Assembly (NCBI GenBank): GCA_003971905.1
Contig: RSEE01000114.1
Span: 124,001-188,000, forward strand
Source: Moniliella sp. 'wahieum'
Lineage: Eukaryota
Direction of reading: 5' to 3'
Length of the DNA: 64,000 bases
The notes below the pieces were generated by a model, which saw only the letters and a program-made list of their open reading frames with translations, ran no database searches and had not been told where the DNA came from. The translations under genes were made by a program, and so were the position numbers. This document shows, in pieces, positions 25,268 through 38,121 of the stretch (its first letter is position 1; the number at the start of each line of letters is the position of its first letter).

Positions 25268-26013
25268 TCATTTGAGCTCCAGTACCCATGCACTCCGCGG
25301 CTCAATTCCCTCCTGGTAGTAGGTCGGGATCTCGTTTGTCATGACGAAGCCATGGTGCTCGTAGAAGGTCCGCGCGTCCTGGTTACTGGTTTGCACGTTG
25401 AGGTATATGCTCTCGATCTTGAACTCCTTAGTGTCCTTGGCCTCCTTACTTTCCTTAGCCTCTTTGGACTTGGGTGCCCCGTGCGGAGGAAGGGCGACGG
25501 TGGTCCCAGGCTTGGCGACCTCAAGCACATTGCTCAGCAGCTTGCTCGCCAGACCAAGACGGCGGTACGGTGCAAGCACACCCAATGTCATGATGTACAC
25601 CTTTACGCTCGTCTCGGACGTAACCTCGTAGCGACAGATCACGTTGCCGACGGGCAGGTCGTTGAAGTAGGCTGTGCTCAAGGTAGACCGTTAGACCGTT
25701 AGACAGGTAGACCAGGACGGGTAGATCAGAACGAACGCATTCCCCAAAATCATCACTTTAACATACCAATCTTGTTGATACTGCGCACCTGCGGCCAAAG
25801 CGCTTCTTGATAGAAGCTGTCGGAATAGGCGACCGGGAAGAGGGCTGCATGGAGCATCTTGACCTGGCCAAGGTTGTTCGGGGTCATCTGGTCCAACACC
25901 GTTTTGCGCGCAGCAACCAGCTCGCGGCGGACGGGTGCAGCAGACGCATTCGCCTTGCTCCTGCGCGCGGGGAACGACAAGGGAGGCAGCGGCGGTAGAT
26001 CGGCAGCAGCCAT
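25268..26013 (-). CDS. NAA50: N-terminal acetyltransferase Naa50 (NatE)-like GNAT
   Basis: MTPNNLGQVKMLHAALFPVAYSDSFY; AYFNDLPVG; YIMTLGVLAPYRRLG; IYLNVQTSN..FYEHHGF; YY..IEP. One intron at about 25676-25765. Confidence 0.88.
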
Positions 26014-26222
26014 GGCGCAGGTAAATGGTGGTGGCGCTGGCCGTGACTGCTCTGGACTTGGGCCATGGGGAAGTGCGGGTGGCACCGACGCATTCTCAAA
26101 TCTGATCTCAGCCGCCATTCCGCGCCGCCGTTCCGCCTGCTCCACCGCCGCCCGGCAGGGCGTAGGTACTATTAGGCAGAGGAGCGCCGGCGGGCGTCGG
26201 GGTGCTACCATCTCGCTTGCTG

Positions 26223-26704
26223 ATGAGTGGCGCCGACGTATCTGCCGTGTCTGCTGCCTCGCTTGCTGCCCCCCTCACGCCTGTGGCAGAGACCGCGACC
26301 AGCACACCCCGCCGCAGCCGAGGAGAAGGGTAAGCTGGTCGAAAGCTCGGCTGCTGCCCCGCTCCTCCCCAATCCCTCGGCCTCCCTTGGTTCGACGCTT
26401 CCCCAGGAAATTACCTCCCCCCACCAACTCACTGACTGGGTCGACGCAGCGCTCCAGCGGCTCGAGTCCCAGTTTTCCACCCTCAATCGTCAATACGAGG
26501 CACGCTCTCAGGAAATGTCCGACCGGATCGATGAGTTGGAAAAGTCCATTACCAGTGCGTTCGTCCGGTGACTAGTGACTGTCCTGCTTGGAAAAACATG
26601 TATCAGCACGTGCATCGCCTAACCTCAGCTCACCCCTGAACCCTTTCTCCCCAGACTTGATCAATGGGGTTGCCACGACCAAGTCGGCAGAGCCATCCCC
26701 CTGA
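26223..26704 (+). CDS. Heat shock factor-binding protein 1 (HSBP1) family
   Basis: ITSPHQLTDWVDAALQRLESQF..EMSDRIDELEKSIT|NLI coiled coil; intron GTGCGT..CAG at 26555-26654. Confidence 0.8.
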
Positions 26705-26906
26705 GCGGGCGGCTGCGATGGCATTATCGTTTTGTGGCAGGGGTTTGGTGTATGGGCTGTTAATTGGCGCGTGGCTCGCAACGTGTACTACTATTTCGTT
26801 CCTGAAAGCACGACGGAAGGGGAAGACATAGGCATGACGAGGGGATGGAGGTGGGGAGGAGGGGCGAAAATGGAAGCAACAAGGAGAACATGGGACCAGA
26901 AGCCAG

Positions 26907-28421
26907 TTACTTCTTCGCTGGCTTCTTCGCTGGCAGCTGGCGCGTGTAGGGGAGGAACGTCTGGCCGCCCATGTAGGGCTGCAGTACCTTGGGCACATTG
27001 AGTCCCTCGTCAGTCTGGTAGTTCTCCACGATGCAGCACAGTGCGCGCTCGGTTGCACACAGCGTTCCGTTGAGCATGTGGCAATACACTTTCTTTCCAT
27101 CGTTTTTTTTGATCCCGCACCGCACCTCGAGCTCACGCGACTGGTAATCCGTGCAGTTGGAACACGAGACGAGTTCCTTGTACTCCTTCTGGAATGGGAA
27201 CCAGGCCTCGAGATCAAACTTGGTCGCCGCAGCGTTGTTCAGCGCACCCGTCACGATCGCCACGACGCGGTAGGGAATGCCCAAGCTCTCGTAGAACGCA
27301 CGCGAGTTGCTCAGCATGTGCGCCAACATCGCTCGCGACTGGTCCGGCTCGGTAATGCAAAACTGTTCAATCTTCTCAAACTGGTGCACACGGAACAGAC
27401 CCCACATGTCCTTCCCGTGCGAACCGGCCTTTGCGGAAACAAGTCGAGTAGCCAGCGTACATCTTTGGCAGCTGCTCCGCCGGCTTGTCGAACCACTCGC
27501 CCGCATGGAAGGCCGAGATGGGCTGCTCAGAAGTAGCAATCAAGTACTTGTCCACCTCGTCCCCCTCGCGGATCCCGTACAGAGCCTCGTCAAATTCCTC
27601 CAGCTGAGCCGTCTTGGCCATCAACTCCTTTTTCATAAAAAATGGCGTTTGCACTTTTTTGAACTTGGCTACTTGCGCCTCAGCCCCCTCCTTGGCCGCC
27701 TTGCGGAACTCACGCGTCTTGAAAAATCAAGCATACGAAATCAAGGCTTGGTTCAGGTCTACTCCGTCCCCAGTCAAGAAGTACCCACGGTGGCCCACCA
27801 CCTTGACGCCCCGCTCCGAGTCAAACATCTCCAGGCGGTACATGACCTCGTCGTGGGAGAGAATGTCGCTAGTGCCTCGTCAGCCATGTGCGCTGGCGCA
27901 GCGCATAGGACCAGCCAACAAGGACAGGCGGAGGGGGGGGGGGGGGCAGGGGATACGATAATACGATACGTACGTTTTCATTTCCGGGTTGCCATAGGTA
28001 GCAACGATAAGGTTGTTGTCTTCGTTGTCGGACGAGGGAACTTTCTTCTCCTCTGGATGGGCAGGGTCGACCAGCGAACCAATCTCATCGTCTACCAAGT
28101 TACCAATCTTACGCGCCTCTTTGCGCACCGCATCTTCCGCCTGGGCCACCTTGGGCTTAGCGGCGGCCACCTGGGCATCCAGCTCCTTCTTCCTGTTCAA
28201 CTCTTCGTCGGCAGACTGCTTAGCCTTGCGCTTGGCAGTAATCTGCTTCTGCGTCGCATTGACTTCCTTTTGCAGCGCGTTGAGCTCAAATTGCGCCCGG
28301 TCCACTCCTTGTACAACGCCAGCGTACGGTCGACAAGCATAGGATCGGCGTACCGCTTCGCCTGCGAGGACCGCACAAGTCGGATCCCGTCCTCGTCCTT
28401 GAGCAGGTTGATGTCGATCAT
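26907..28421 (-). CDS. SES1: Cytosolic seryl-tRNA synthetase
   Basis: [81 protein letters not shown]. Intron at about 27872-27973. Confidence 0.95.
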
Positions 28422-28678
28422 ACTGCGATCCAAGTGAGGCCAGTGAAGCTTGAGTACTGCGTGGTGGATAGGGGCTCAGGCGTCTGCGGCGCTCGACACG
28501 CACCCAGCCTACGCCCTACAGCCGGCAGCCTTTGGCTCGCCTCCTCGGGCGTTTTGGGCCAGGCGGAATTGCCTCGCTTTTCTGGTGCCGCCGCACGCAG
28601 TCACAAGTCACTAGTCACGTGTCCCACAGTCACCTGACCTGGTCTGCCTGGGTTGTCAAAGCGTCAAGCTTCAGCTTC

Positions 28679-29675
28679 ATGTCGCAGGTCCCTTTACTTC
28701 TCGGACATCCCCGTGGCCACTCTTACCCATCTTTGTCCCTGCCACCTTCTTCCTCCATCCTCGACTTGAAGCGTCACCGCCTTTACCGTTACGAATGCAC
28801 GTTTCGCTGGGCAAGCCGCACGTGCCTTCAGGTAGCGCTGGCCCTTCAGAGCTTGGCCCTCCTTTCCCTGTCCTCCTAGTATACTACAGCGGCAACCGTG
28901 ATGATAAAGGAAGGATAACGGGACCCTGGAGGCTCCCTCCCCCCCTCTACCCACTCGGTTCTGAAAAAACTTTTACGTCAGACACACGGTGTGTGGTTCC
29001 CATCGCCCCTCTAAGGTGTTGGATCCTTAAACTACAGCGGACCGGGGGCCCGTTCCACCCCCTTTCAGCAGCCCGTCCCGTGGCATTGAAGATGCTATGC
29101 CTCGGCCTGATAACGCCATCCAAAAGGCACGTCGTACCGCAGCATCATTATCTGGGGAACTCAATTTCGGCTCGCTTGCGCTTGACCACCCTTGTGGGCC
29201 CCCCATGATCGACATGATCATGTTGAAGCCGTGGGCTTACTAGTTCCTTGTGGTCTACTGCAACCGCTGGACGTTCGTGACGTTGACTAGGCTATTATAG
29301 GTTTGGATTTGGGCTCCGATGTGGGCGCTCTGTCTGTACCTGTGGCCATACTATGTTGGGGCATTTGTACCTGCTGCGATCGTTCTCGTCTGCTCCTACT
29401 TGTGGGCTCCCTGTTGGAACGATGATGAGGGGATACCAGTCAAAGGGATGGCTCCGAAGAGATGGAACGAGTACGATTGGGGTGGGGTTGTTTGGAATGC
29501 AGTTAGAGAAGCAGCGGATGTGCGTGCCCCCGTGAGTGTGGTCTTGGCGATCGGCAGAGAGCCTTTCGGGGGGGTGGCCGGTGGGGAGAGGGACTGGAGT
29601 GGAGAGGGCGAGTGCGAGGTGGGACGTGTCGATCCTGCCAGTCACACTACATCACACGTCACTGTGCTCGCGTAA
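28679..29675 (+). CDS. Possible hypothetical protein with a hydrophobic C-terminal segment
   Basis: Chain of ORF fragments with candidate acceptors (TAG near 28878 and 29300), divergent from SES1. No family recognised. Confidence 0.3.
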
Positions 29676-30103
29676 GCACAGCGCGTAACCGGCACCCGGG
29701 GACAGAACCAGGAGCGCTGCGTAGCTCAGGCGTTCAGGCGCTCAGGCTCAGCGCTCCGCCTCCGCTCCCACACGAACGGCATCGTTCGAGGAATTGAGCA
29801 GCGGCGTGCCCTGCACTGGGGCAGTGCAGGCCGTGTGCGCTGCCGTGCCTGTCTGGGCACGCTGATCCGCACGCACAGGGCCAGTCTGGGCGGCGGCGAT
29901 CGCTGCACCAGCGCTGTTCGGTCACCGCTGGTCGGTGACTCGCCAGCGAGCCGAGCGCCGATCATCACGCATCACACCATGGCTGTCCGGCAGCGGGCGG
30001 CACGGGGCGGGTGTGTTGGCGGGTGTGCGATGGGGCAGTGCGTGCGGAATGCTCGCCTCGCGTGCGCTGCACAGCTGGGCTGCGTCGGCACATCCAGCTG
30101 GCC

Positions 30104-31946
30104 ATGCTCCGTCTCCCGAGCGGCTCTCCTCCACCGCCTCCGCCGTCCTCGTCGCCATGGCTGCCGTCGCCCCCGCCCCCGGCCCCACCCGCCCCGGCCC
30201 CACCCACCACCGCCCACCCACGACCCCGACCCCGACCCCACGCGCTCGCCTCCCCCTCCCTCTACTTTAGCCCCCGCCCACACCCACCATGGCCGCCCAG
30301 CCCTACGGTGTCTACTCGCCCGGCGGCCTCCTTGCCTCCCGGCGAGCTCCCTCCCCGCCCTGGCCCCGTCCTCTACCCCCTCCAGTGCCCCCTCCCCGCG
30401 CCTCCCCCGCTCGCCTCCCGCACCGTCTACCTCGGCAACCTGCCCGCCGATGCGTCCGTCGACGAGCTTCTCGACCTCGTCGCAGGGCCCATCGAGAGTG
30501 TCCGTGTCGTGCTGCCAAACAGTGCGCCTTTGTTAGCTTCCTCAACCACACTCACGCCGCCGCCTTCCACGCCGACGCCACTGCGCACGGCCCTTTGCGC
30601 TTCACGCCACCCCGTCCGCGTGGGCTGGGGGTCCCATGCCGCTCTCCCCCGCCGTCGAACCGCCGTCGCCACTCGCGCCGCAACGCGCAACATATACATT
30701 GGCAATCTCGACCCTGCCTTTGTAACCCGTCCACTGCCGAGGCTGAGCTACGCGATCGCTGTCCAGTCTCGGGCCCATTGACCAGGTCAAAGTCGTCCGC
30801 GACCGTCGCATTGCCTTTGTCCACTTCTCTCCATTGCCATGCCCTGGCCGCTGTCACCACCTGTCCTCCGACCCGGAATGGAAAGAGCAGCGGATCAATT
30901 CGGACGCGATCGTTGTGCCCATGTGCCGCGCGCGCAGCACAAAACAACCAAGCACACAACCATCGTTCCGCCATGGCCGCCGCTGCTCACGTTGGTGCCG
31001 CCTTGGCGCAACAGGACGCACATAACCTCCCTTTGGACCGAACCGAGCCAGCTCGGTACACCGACCGTCTACCTAGGAACATTCACCCCGATACCTCCAC
31101 CGAGGAATTGTGCAATCACATTCGCAGTGGTATCCTCCAGTCCATTCGCTACTTTGCCGATAAACATATTGCGTTCGTTACCTTTGTCGACCCGAATGCG
31201 GCCTATGCCTTCCTCGCTTCGCGTCCATCCCGTCCCAGGCCAGGCCAGTCGCAGGGCCAACCCCCCGATGGACGCGGGGGTGGCCTGACCATCCACTCGC
31301 GTCGGATCAAGGTCGGCTGGGGACGAGCTTCGGGGCCCGTGCCACCGGCACTGGCATGGCTGTCCAAGCGGGTGGATCGAGGAATCTATGTGGGCAACTT
31401 GGACCATCCGGTTCACCCCATCACAGAGGATAAGTTGCGTGCCGACTTTTCGTCTTTGTGAGATTGAACAGATCAACCGCTTGCCCGAAAGAATTGTGTA
31501 CGTTTACTTTGTCCTTTCTTGTTTGGTTCCAATTGGCCGTGTCACTGAGCGTCGGCTGTGTCCTGCTTGACCCTGCTTGACCCTGCTTGGCCCTGCTTGG
31601 CCCCTGGTTTTGCTCGTATCATGCTAACCCCCTATCCATTGCAGGCCTTTATCAACTTTTGCAGTCTGCACAACGCCATCCGTGCGATTGCAGAGATGAA
31701 GGATCACCCGGACTACCAACACGCGCGCATTGCGTATGGCAAAGACCGGTGTGTGGCAACCCGCCCCGCTTGGCCTCCCACTTTCCACCCCGCCTTCGCC
31801 TCCCCCGCAGGAAGAAACAAGACCGCGAGCCCACCCACCTGCTATCCTCTTGCCTCGCCCATCATCCGCCACGGTCACCAAGAGCCAGAGACTTTGCCTA
31901 CTCCATGATCTAACTTGGCTCCCCCGTATCACCTCGTGCACCTAGC
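30104..31946 (+). CDS. MRN1: Four-RRM RNA-binding protein (S. cerevisiae Mrn1 / S. pombe Nrd1 type)
   Basis: SRTVYLGNLP; RVGWG; ATRNIYIGNL; TVYLGNIHPDT..ELCNHIR..LQSIRYFADKHIAFVTF; IKVGWG; AFINF..AYGKDRC. Ends approximate. Confidence 0.85.
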
Positions 31947-31963
31947 CTAGGCATTTCTTCTTC

Positions 31964-32047
31964 GTGTTGGTGTTGGTGTTGGTGCTCGTGTGTGTTCGTG
32001 TTCGTGTTCTGTCGTGTTCGTGTTCGTGTTTGTGTTGTCGTCGTCGT
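31964..32047. repeat. GTGTTG/GTGTTC hexamer microsatellite
   Basis: Read directly, just 3' of the RRM gene. Confidence 0.85.
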
Positions 32048-32590
32048 TTGTACTTCCGTTATCGATTATCGGTCGTTTGGGTTGGCATACTACTTGTTTG
32101 TCCCCAGCTGGAATTGGCTTTCTTCCTCAATGCCCATTCCACTCTCACATTCGTTACATTCGTGTACATTCGTTTACGTTCGTTTCCCCTACGCCCTACG
32201 CCCCCTCCGCGCCGACTTAGTCGTGTCTTGTCGTGTCGTATCTCTTTGTATGGTTTCGTCGGGCTCTCGTCGAGAGATAGCGAGAGGTATTGAAATTCGA
32301 GGTATTATAATGTCCGCACGTATCCTTCCGTAGACCCTTCTTTCACCATACTCCGACCTCCCCTCTCCTTGGTTCGGGTTAAGAGAGCCTACATTGTAGG
32401 GAAGAGAATGAGTATGAGATCTGAGAGCGGTCCTCACCGTCAAACTTCAAGCTTCAAGCTTCACAAACGGTCAATCTTCGAGCTTCAACCGTCCAACTTC
32501 AACCTTCAACCTTCAAGCTTCGAGAGGGTGGGCTTCCGGGGTGAAACCAACGCTGAATGTCAACCTCCTTTTGTCTTGGCACAGCAACGA

Positions 32591-32630
32591 ATCCAGATCC
32601 AGATTCAGATCCAGGTCCAGATCCAGATTC
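32591..32630. repeat. (ATCCAG)n hexamer microsatellite, about 6.5 copies
   Basis: Read directly. Confidence 0.9.
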
Positions 32631-33446
32631 CTATACGCCACCGAAACCGATCTTCGATCCGATCACCTTCGTAATGCGTACATGTGGCAGACAGGCAAAA
32701 CCGACGGAGAGGAAAGCAAGAGGAACTATGCGAGGGAATAATCGCCTTGGAAACGAGGCAGAGGCAGAGGGGGGGGGGGGGCACTCAACAGATGTAGGAG
32801 CAAGAAGCAACGAGGAAGGAGCGAGGCGGGAGTCCTACTTACAGGTCCATCGACCGTTGAATATCATGGACCTAAGCCTGCTCCATCCGTGGACGCTAAT
32901 GCCTCGTCCCGACTTCATTGCCACTGTATCCGCGCTAGCAGGCTAGGATGCATCAGGTGATGGCGCAGAGCACGTGCAGCGCTTGGCTGCTGTCCATTCC
33001 GCCTCCTGCCTTCCGCCTCCCGCCTTCCGCCTTGGGTCTCCTTCCGCTCTGGCCAGCCGAGCCATTCGGAACCCACACTGGCGCATGAACATTTCACTCT
33101 GGCGCCAAAATTTTCCCCCTGCGAGCCGGCCGACTTGACGTCCACAGCGGGCATCGGGCATCGAGAGCGTGCGCGGCCGCCGTTGCTCTCTCCCTCTGAC
33201 CGGCGCCCCCTCGGCACACCCCACACCACCGCCATGGCACACCACCACCGCCACCACCACCCGGTACCTCAACCACAAGCTCAACCACAACCCCATCCCC
33301 CGCTCCCCCTCACCAACCACCACAACCACATCCCCACCCGACGCATCCGCAGGCACGTCCCCTCCGCTCCGTTGCGTGTCCTCCCCTCCACTAACCTCGC
33401 CCCCCCCCACAGCCAATGTACAAACGCCCTGCTGAGACTGGGCTTT

Positions 33447-34890
33447 ATGGTGGCCACGATTGAAGACACGCTTGCGCGTGCCGTGCTGCCTGGCGCGGTG
33501 CAGTGCACGCACGCCCCGGCCACCTCGGCCCAACTCCGCCAGGATACCCTCTCGCTCGTCGCTAGCATCAAGAAGGCCACCACCTCCTTCTCCCTTGCCA
33601 TCCGTCCCGAGGCAAAGGGCGGCACCGTCCGTCCCCGATCCGAATCCAACTCCAATTCCAACTCGGACTCGGGCTCGGACTCAGGTCCACTGGCCGGTCT
33701 TAGCACTTCGTCCCTCGCCGCGGCGCAGCAGCAACTCCACCTGATCACCATGGACTTTCTTCCGAAACTGGTATTTGTAGCGCAAAAGGCGCGTGCGGAT
33801 GGTCAGGCGGGCGTCGGGGCCGGGTACCGCTGGCCCAGAACCTTGGCCCAGGCCGTGGAAGCGATCAGTCCGCCTTGGGATCGTTAGTGAAGCCCGATGG
33901 ATACGCGTGCAAGCAGGTCCTGGAAGTCACGGCGGCCAAGCGTGAAGCACGCCCGGTCAGGAACGTCGTTCGGCGTTACATGGCCCTGAGGGAGAGAAGT
34001 GGTGTTGCGTGGCGACAGGCGCTGTGTGGGCCGCGTGCGATAGCGCTCACAACCTCCCTGAGGACGCTCGTGGTGTGCTCACCTTGCTCTTGCACCGCCA
34101 GCAGGAGGTCGTGCGTGATGCGTTGGAGGAACTTCGTGAAGGGATCGACGAGGCAGAGCATCCGGACAGCGACGATGAAGAAGAGATGAAGATGATGATA
34201 ATGGCCATGGAGGAGGTGAAGAGGAGGAGGACGGTGTCCCGGGTCAGCTGTCTCCAGCAAGACCCAGGCTGAAATGGACCAGGACGAGCTGGATGCTCTG
34301 ATGGGTGGAACGGAGGAGGGACTGGAAGCTGAGCGGCTGCCCTTGCCAAACGCTCCCTTTCGCTCTTGGAGCAGTGCGATGCATTCCTCACCCTCTATGG
34401 TAAGGCCCTGCGGGTAACCCCAAGCTTGTCGGGTGCAGCTGTGGATGAGGCGGCAGCGGCTCTGGATGAGGTCGCAGCCAAGGCGGACGATGCGATGATG
34501 CCATCCTACGAGGCACACAGGCCCTGGGACAGGGCGCACGCTCTACCGCGGAAGCGGAACAGCTGATCGCCCAGCTGGGCGGCATCACACATTTCCGGTG
34601 CCAGTCTCCGCGCAGGCTCGGAGGGCGCGGCGACACACGTGCTTGAGGGGGAAGAAGAAGAGGAGGCGGACAACGACGAGGAGGAAGACGAGGAGGAGGA
34701 CGAGGACGAAGACGAGGAGGGACCGCTGCTAGCGTCCATACGGGGGGACCTGGAGGGCGTCTGCGCGGCGCTCGCAGCGGCTGCGCATGCGCTGGCGGGG
34801 ACCAAGGGCGCGGCGCGGATGGACAGGGAGGCTGCGGACCTGTCGGGCGCGCTGCAGGCCATGGTGGCCGACGGGCTGCTGGGCGCCTGA
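33447..34890 (+). CDS. Acidic helical protein, possibly GCIP/CCNDBP1 (Grap2- and cyclin D-interacting) family
   Basis: LSLVASIKKATTSFSLAI; VVRDALEELREG followed by D/E tracts; ADDAMM. The resemblance is from memory only. Frameshifted. Confidence 0.5.
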
Positions 34891-35105
34891 ACGCGACAGG
34901 GAGGACATACCATGCATATGTGTACTGTGGCAGCGCTGTTATATGATGAGGCACAGGCAGGCGCAGTGGTAGGTACGAGTCACGTGCAGCCCAGACAGCG
35001 CATCACGTGACGTGGTGATGTGGAGGGTGATGGGATGTGCCACGTCGCCTCTTCCTCCTTCTGCTGGGCGCCGCCACCTTGCTCCGCTGCTCCACCTGCG
35101 CCGGC

Positions 35106-38100
35106 ATGTCCTTTGCGCCGTCTGACCACGCCGTCCGATCACGCGCCCACCCGTCCGCCGCCGCCGCCGACACCGTCATCGACGCCCCGCCGACACCAAC
35201 CCACGCCGACGACGACCGCCCCCACCACGACCACGACCGCAGCCACGACAAGCACAGGGACACCTTCCTCTACCCGCCGCCCAGCCACCACCATGCCTCG
35301 GGCGCACCCGGCCTCGCCCGCGCATACCCCGCCCCTCCTGGGCTGCCTCCCTCGGCACCGCCCTCGCCCCCGTCGAGTGGCGCATCGTCGCTGCCGTCGC
35401 TCTTGTCGCCGCTGTTTTCCGCTTCTGGAAGCTGAGCCGCCCCAGCAGCGTCGTGTATGTCCTTTGTCTCTTTTATGCTTGTCTTCTGCTGCGCCCCGCT
35501 TGTGAATACCAACGCCTGACCCGGCTGCTCTGCCCAGGTTTGATGAAGTGCACTTTGGCAACTTTGCGGGCAAGTACCTCCGCCGCCACTTTTTTATGGA
35601 CGTGCATCCGCCCCTGGCCAAGCTCCTGATCACCCTCGCTGCCTGGCTCGGCGGGTACGACGGCAACTTTGATTTTAGCGGCATTGGCAATGAGTATCTG
35701 GCCGGGGACTTGCCCGGCCAGCCGGTGCCCTACGTGGCCATGCGCAGCGTCTCGGCGCTCTGTGGCTGGGCCTTGGTTCCCGTTGCGTTCATCACGCTTC
35801 GCGCGGCCGGGGTACGCACCGGGTCTGCGTTGGTAGGCGCGTGCTTTGTGTTGCTAGACAATGCACTGGCGACGCAGAGCCGGTACATTTGTTGGATGCG
35901 CCCTTGGTCCTTTTTACGGCGACGACCGTGCTGTGTTGGGTGTGCTTTGGCAAAGAAGATGCTCGCCAGCCCTTTTCGCGTCCGTGGTGGATCTGGCTCT
36001 TTGCCACCGGTACCTCCCTAGGACTTGTAATCAGTGTCAAATGGGTCGGCTTGGCAACAGTCGCGACGATTGGTGCTGCAACTGCCCTTCAGCTTTGGTT
36101 CCGCTTGGCCGACCGACGCACTTCCTTGTACGGTCTCACCCGCCACTTTCTGGCCCGTGTGGCAGGTCTGATTGTTGTGCCCCTCGCCGTGTATGCGATG
36201 ACGTTTCGTATCCATTTCGCCTTGCTCAACATGGCTGGCGATGGGGATGGGTTCATGTCGCCGGCCTTTCGCCACTCGCTCCAGGGCGGCGAAATGCAAG
36301 ATACCTATGCGCGTGTCGCGCTCGGCAGCGCCGTTACCCTCCGCCACCTTAACACCAAGGGAGGCTACCTCCACTCGCACCCGTTCAACTACGAAACTGG
36401 TTCCAAGCAGCAACAAGTCACCCTCTACCCGCATTCGGACGACAACAATGTATGGGAAATCGTTGCGGCACCTACCGCTGATGCGCCACCACAGGTCGAC
36501 AGCAACGGTGTCCCGCTCACGCTTCCCGAGGGAACGCCCCGAGATGTGGAGAAACATTGGGCCCAGCTCGAGTGGCTCAAGGATAAAGCCGAAGTGCGTT
36601 TGATTCATCGCGCGTCGGACAAACGGCTGCATTCGCATAACCATCGACCGCCCATTACGGAGAACGATTACCAGAACGAGGTGTCGGCCTATGGCTCACC
36701 TGGCTTTACCGGCGATGGCAATGACAATTGGGTCGTGGAGATTGATACCATCGATACCCCGGCCGGAGCGGCGCGAGAAGAAGTGCAGACGCTTCGGACG
36801 GTGTTCCGATTGCGCCACTACAATTCCGGGTGTTACTTGTTTAGCCACAATGTCCATTTGCCCGACTGGGGCTTTGGCCAACAAGAAGTCATGTGCAACC
36901 AATGGCCCACCCGCCCCGCTGTTTTACATTGAGACCAACAGCCACCCTTTGCTCGAACGCGATGCACACGCAACCAAGACCAATTACCCCCGTCCTTCCT
37001 TCTGGGCCAAACTGATTGAACTGCAACAGGTCATGTGGACCACCAATGCTGGCCTGACAGAACGGCATGCGTACGACTCGCGTCCTCACCAATGGCCTCT
37101 GCTCCGTCGCGGCGTCAACTATTGGTCCCGCGAACATCGTCAAGTGTACTTTATTGGCAACCCGTTGATCTGGACCTTGGGACTGGCTGCCGTGCTCACC
37201 TACCTCGTCGCCCGCATCGCCATCATCTTCCGTGCCAAACGTGGTTATGGCGATCTGCACAACTCGACCGTATCGTTTTACGATGGTCTGCTGGCCTTCT
37301 TGGTGGGCGGGTATGCGGTGCACTACCTGCCCTTTTCATCTTGGGCCGACAACTCTTCCTGCACCATTACCTGCCTGCCTTGTACTTTGCCATTCTGACG
37401 TTTAGTGTGGTGTGGGACGCGGGCATGGCACGTGTCCGCGCCAAGTGGAGGGTACAGGCTAGCTTTGCCATCATCCTCCTTGCCCTCTTTGTTCTCTCGT
37501 CTCCCCGCTCATGGCGGCCGGTCGATGGACCCAAGCGCAATGCCAAGCCGCTCGCCTCCGATCTACCTGGGACTTTGACTGCATCCAATTCCCTCTCGAC
37601 GCTAAGGCTTACGACCAATGGCCCGATCCCGTCCACACCGCTTTGCCTTCCCTCGGACCTAACTTCCCCCCCTTGCCCTCCCTCCCGCCTCAAGTGCCCG
37701 TCTCCGACACCAACCCCGCACCCGCTTCCTCCTCTATCCCTCCTTTGGCGCCGCCGCTCCGGCCAACCATGCGTTCGAACATGCCAAGAAGGTCTCTGCT
37801 TCGGGCCAACCCGACACTTCGTCCCAGCCTCCTGCCTCCCTTGCTCTGGGCGGCGCAGCAGCGAAAGATGACCCCGTCCCGCTCCAAGTGGATTCCTCGT
37901 CTCCTACCTCGTCTCCTACCTCGTCGCCTGCTTCTTCTTCGCTCGCCTCGTCGCCGTCGTCATCGACCGCTGCTGGCGCTGGTACCGACACGGTCGACCC
38001 ACATGGACTGGACGCTAAGCAAATTCAAAATATGGTGTTGGGCGGGACGTTGGCTGCTGGACTTAAGGCGTCGGACGTGCCTGCTGCCGAGGGCATGACC

Positions 38101-38121
38101 GCACTTCCCGTCGCACCCTAG
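35106..38121 (+). CDS. PMT1: Dolichyl-phosphate-mannose:protein O-mannosyltransferase (PMT1 subfamily)
   Basis: VV|FDEVHFGNFAGKY..FFMDVHPPLAKLL; MIR domains GGYLHSH..QQQVTLYPH, LPDWGFGQQEV; RQLFLHHYLPALYF; long Ser/Pro tail. Intron 35455-35537. Confidence 0.9.

Noticed and set aside
5894..28421. Programmed frameshifting, RNA editing or mass pseudogenisation
   Set aside because: Indels are scattered with no shared slippery motif and hit essential genes; sequencing error is far simpler.
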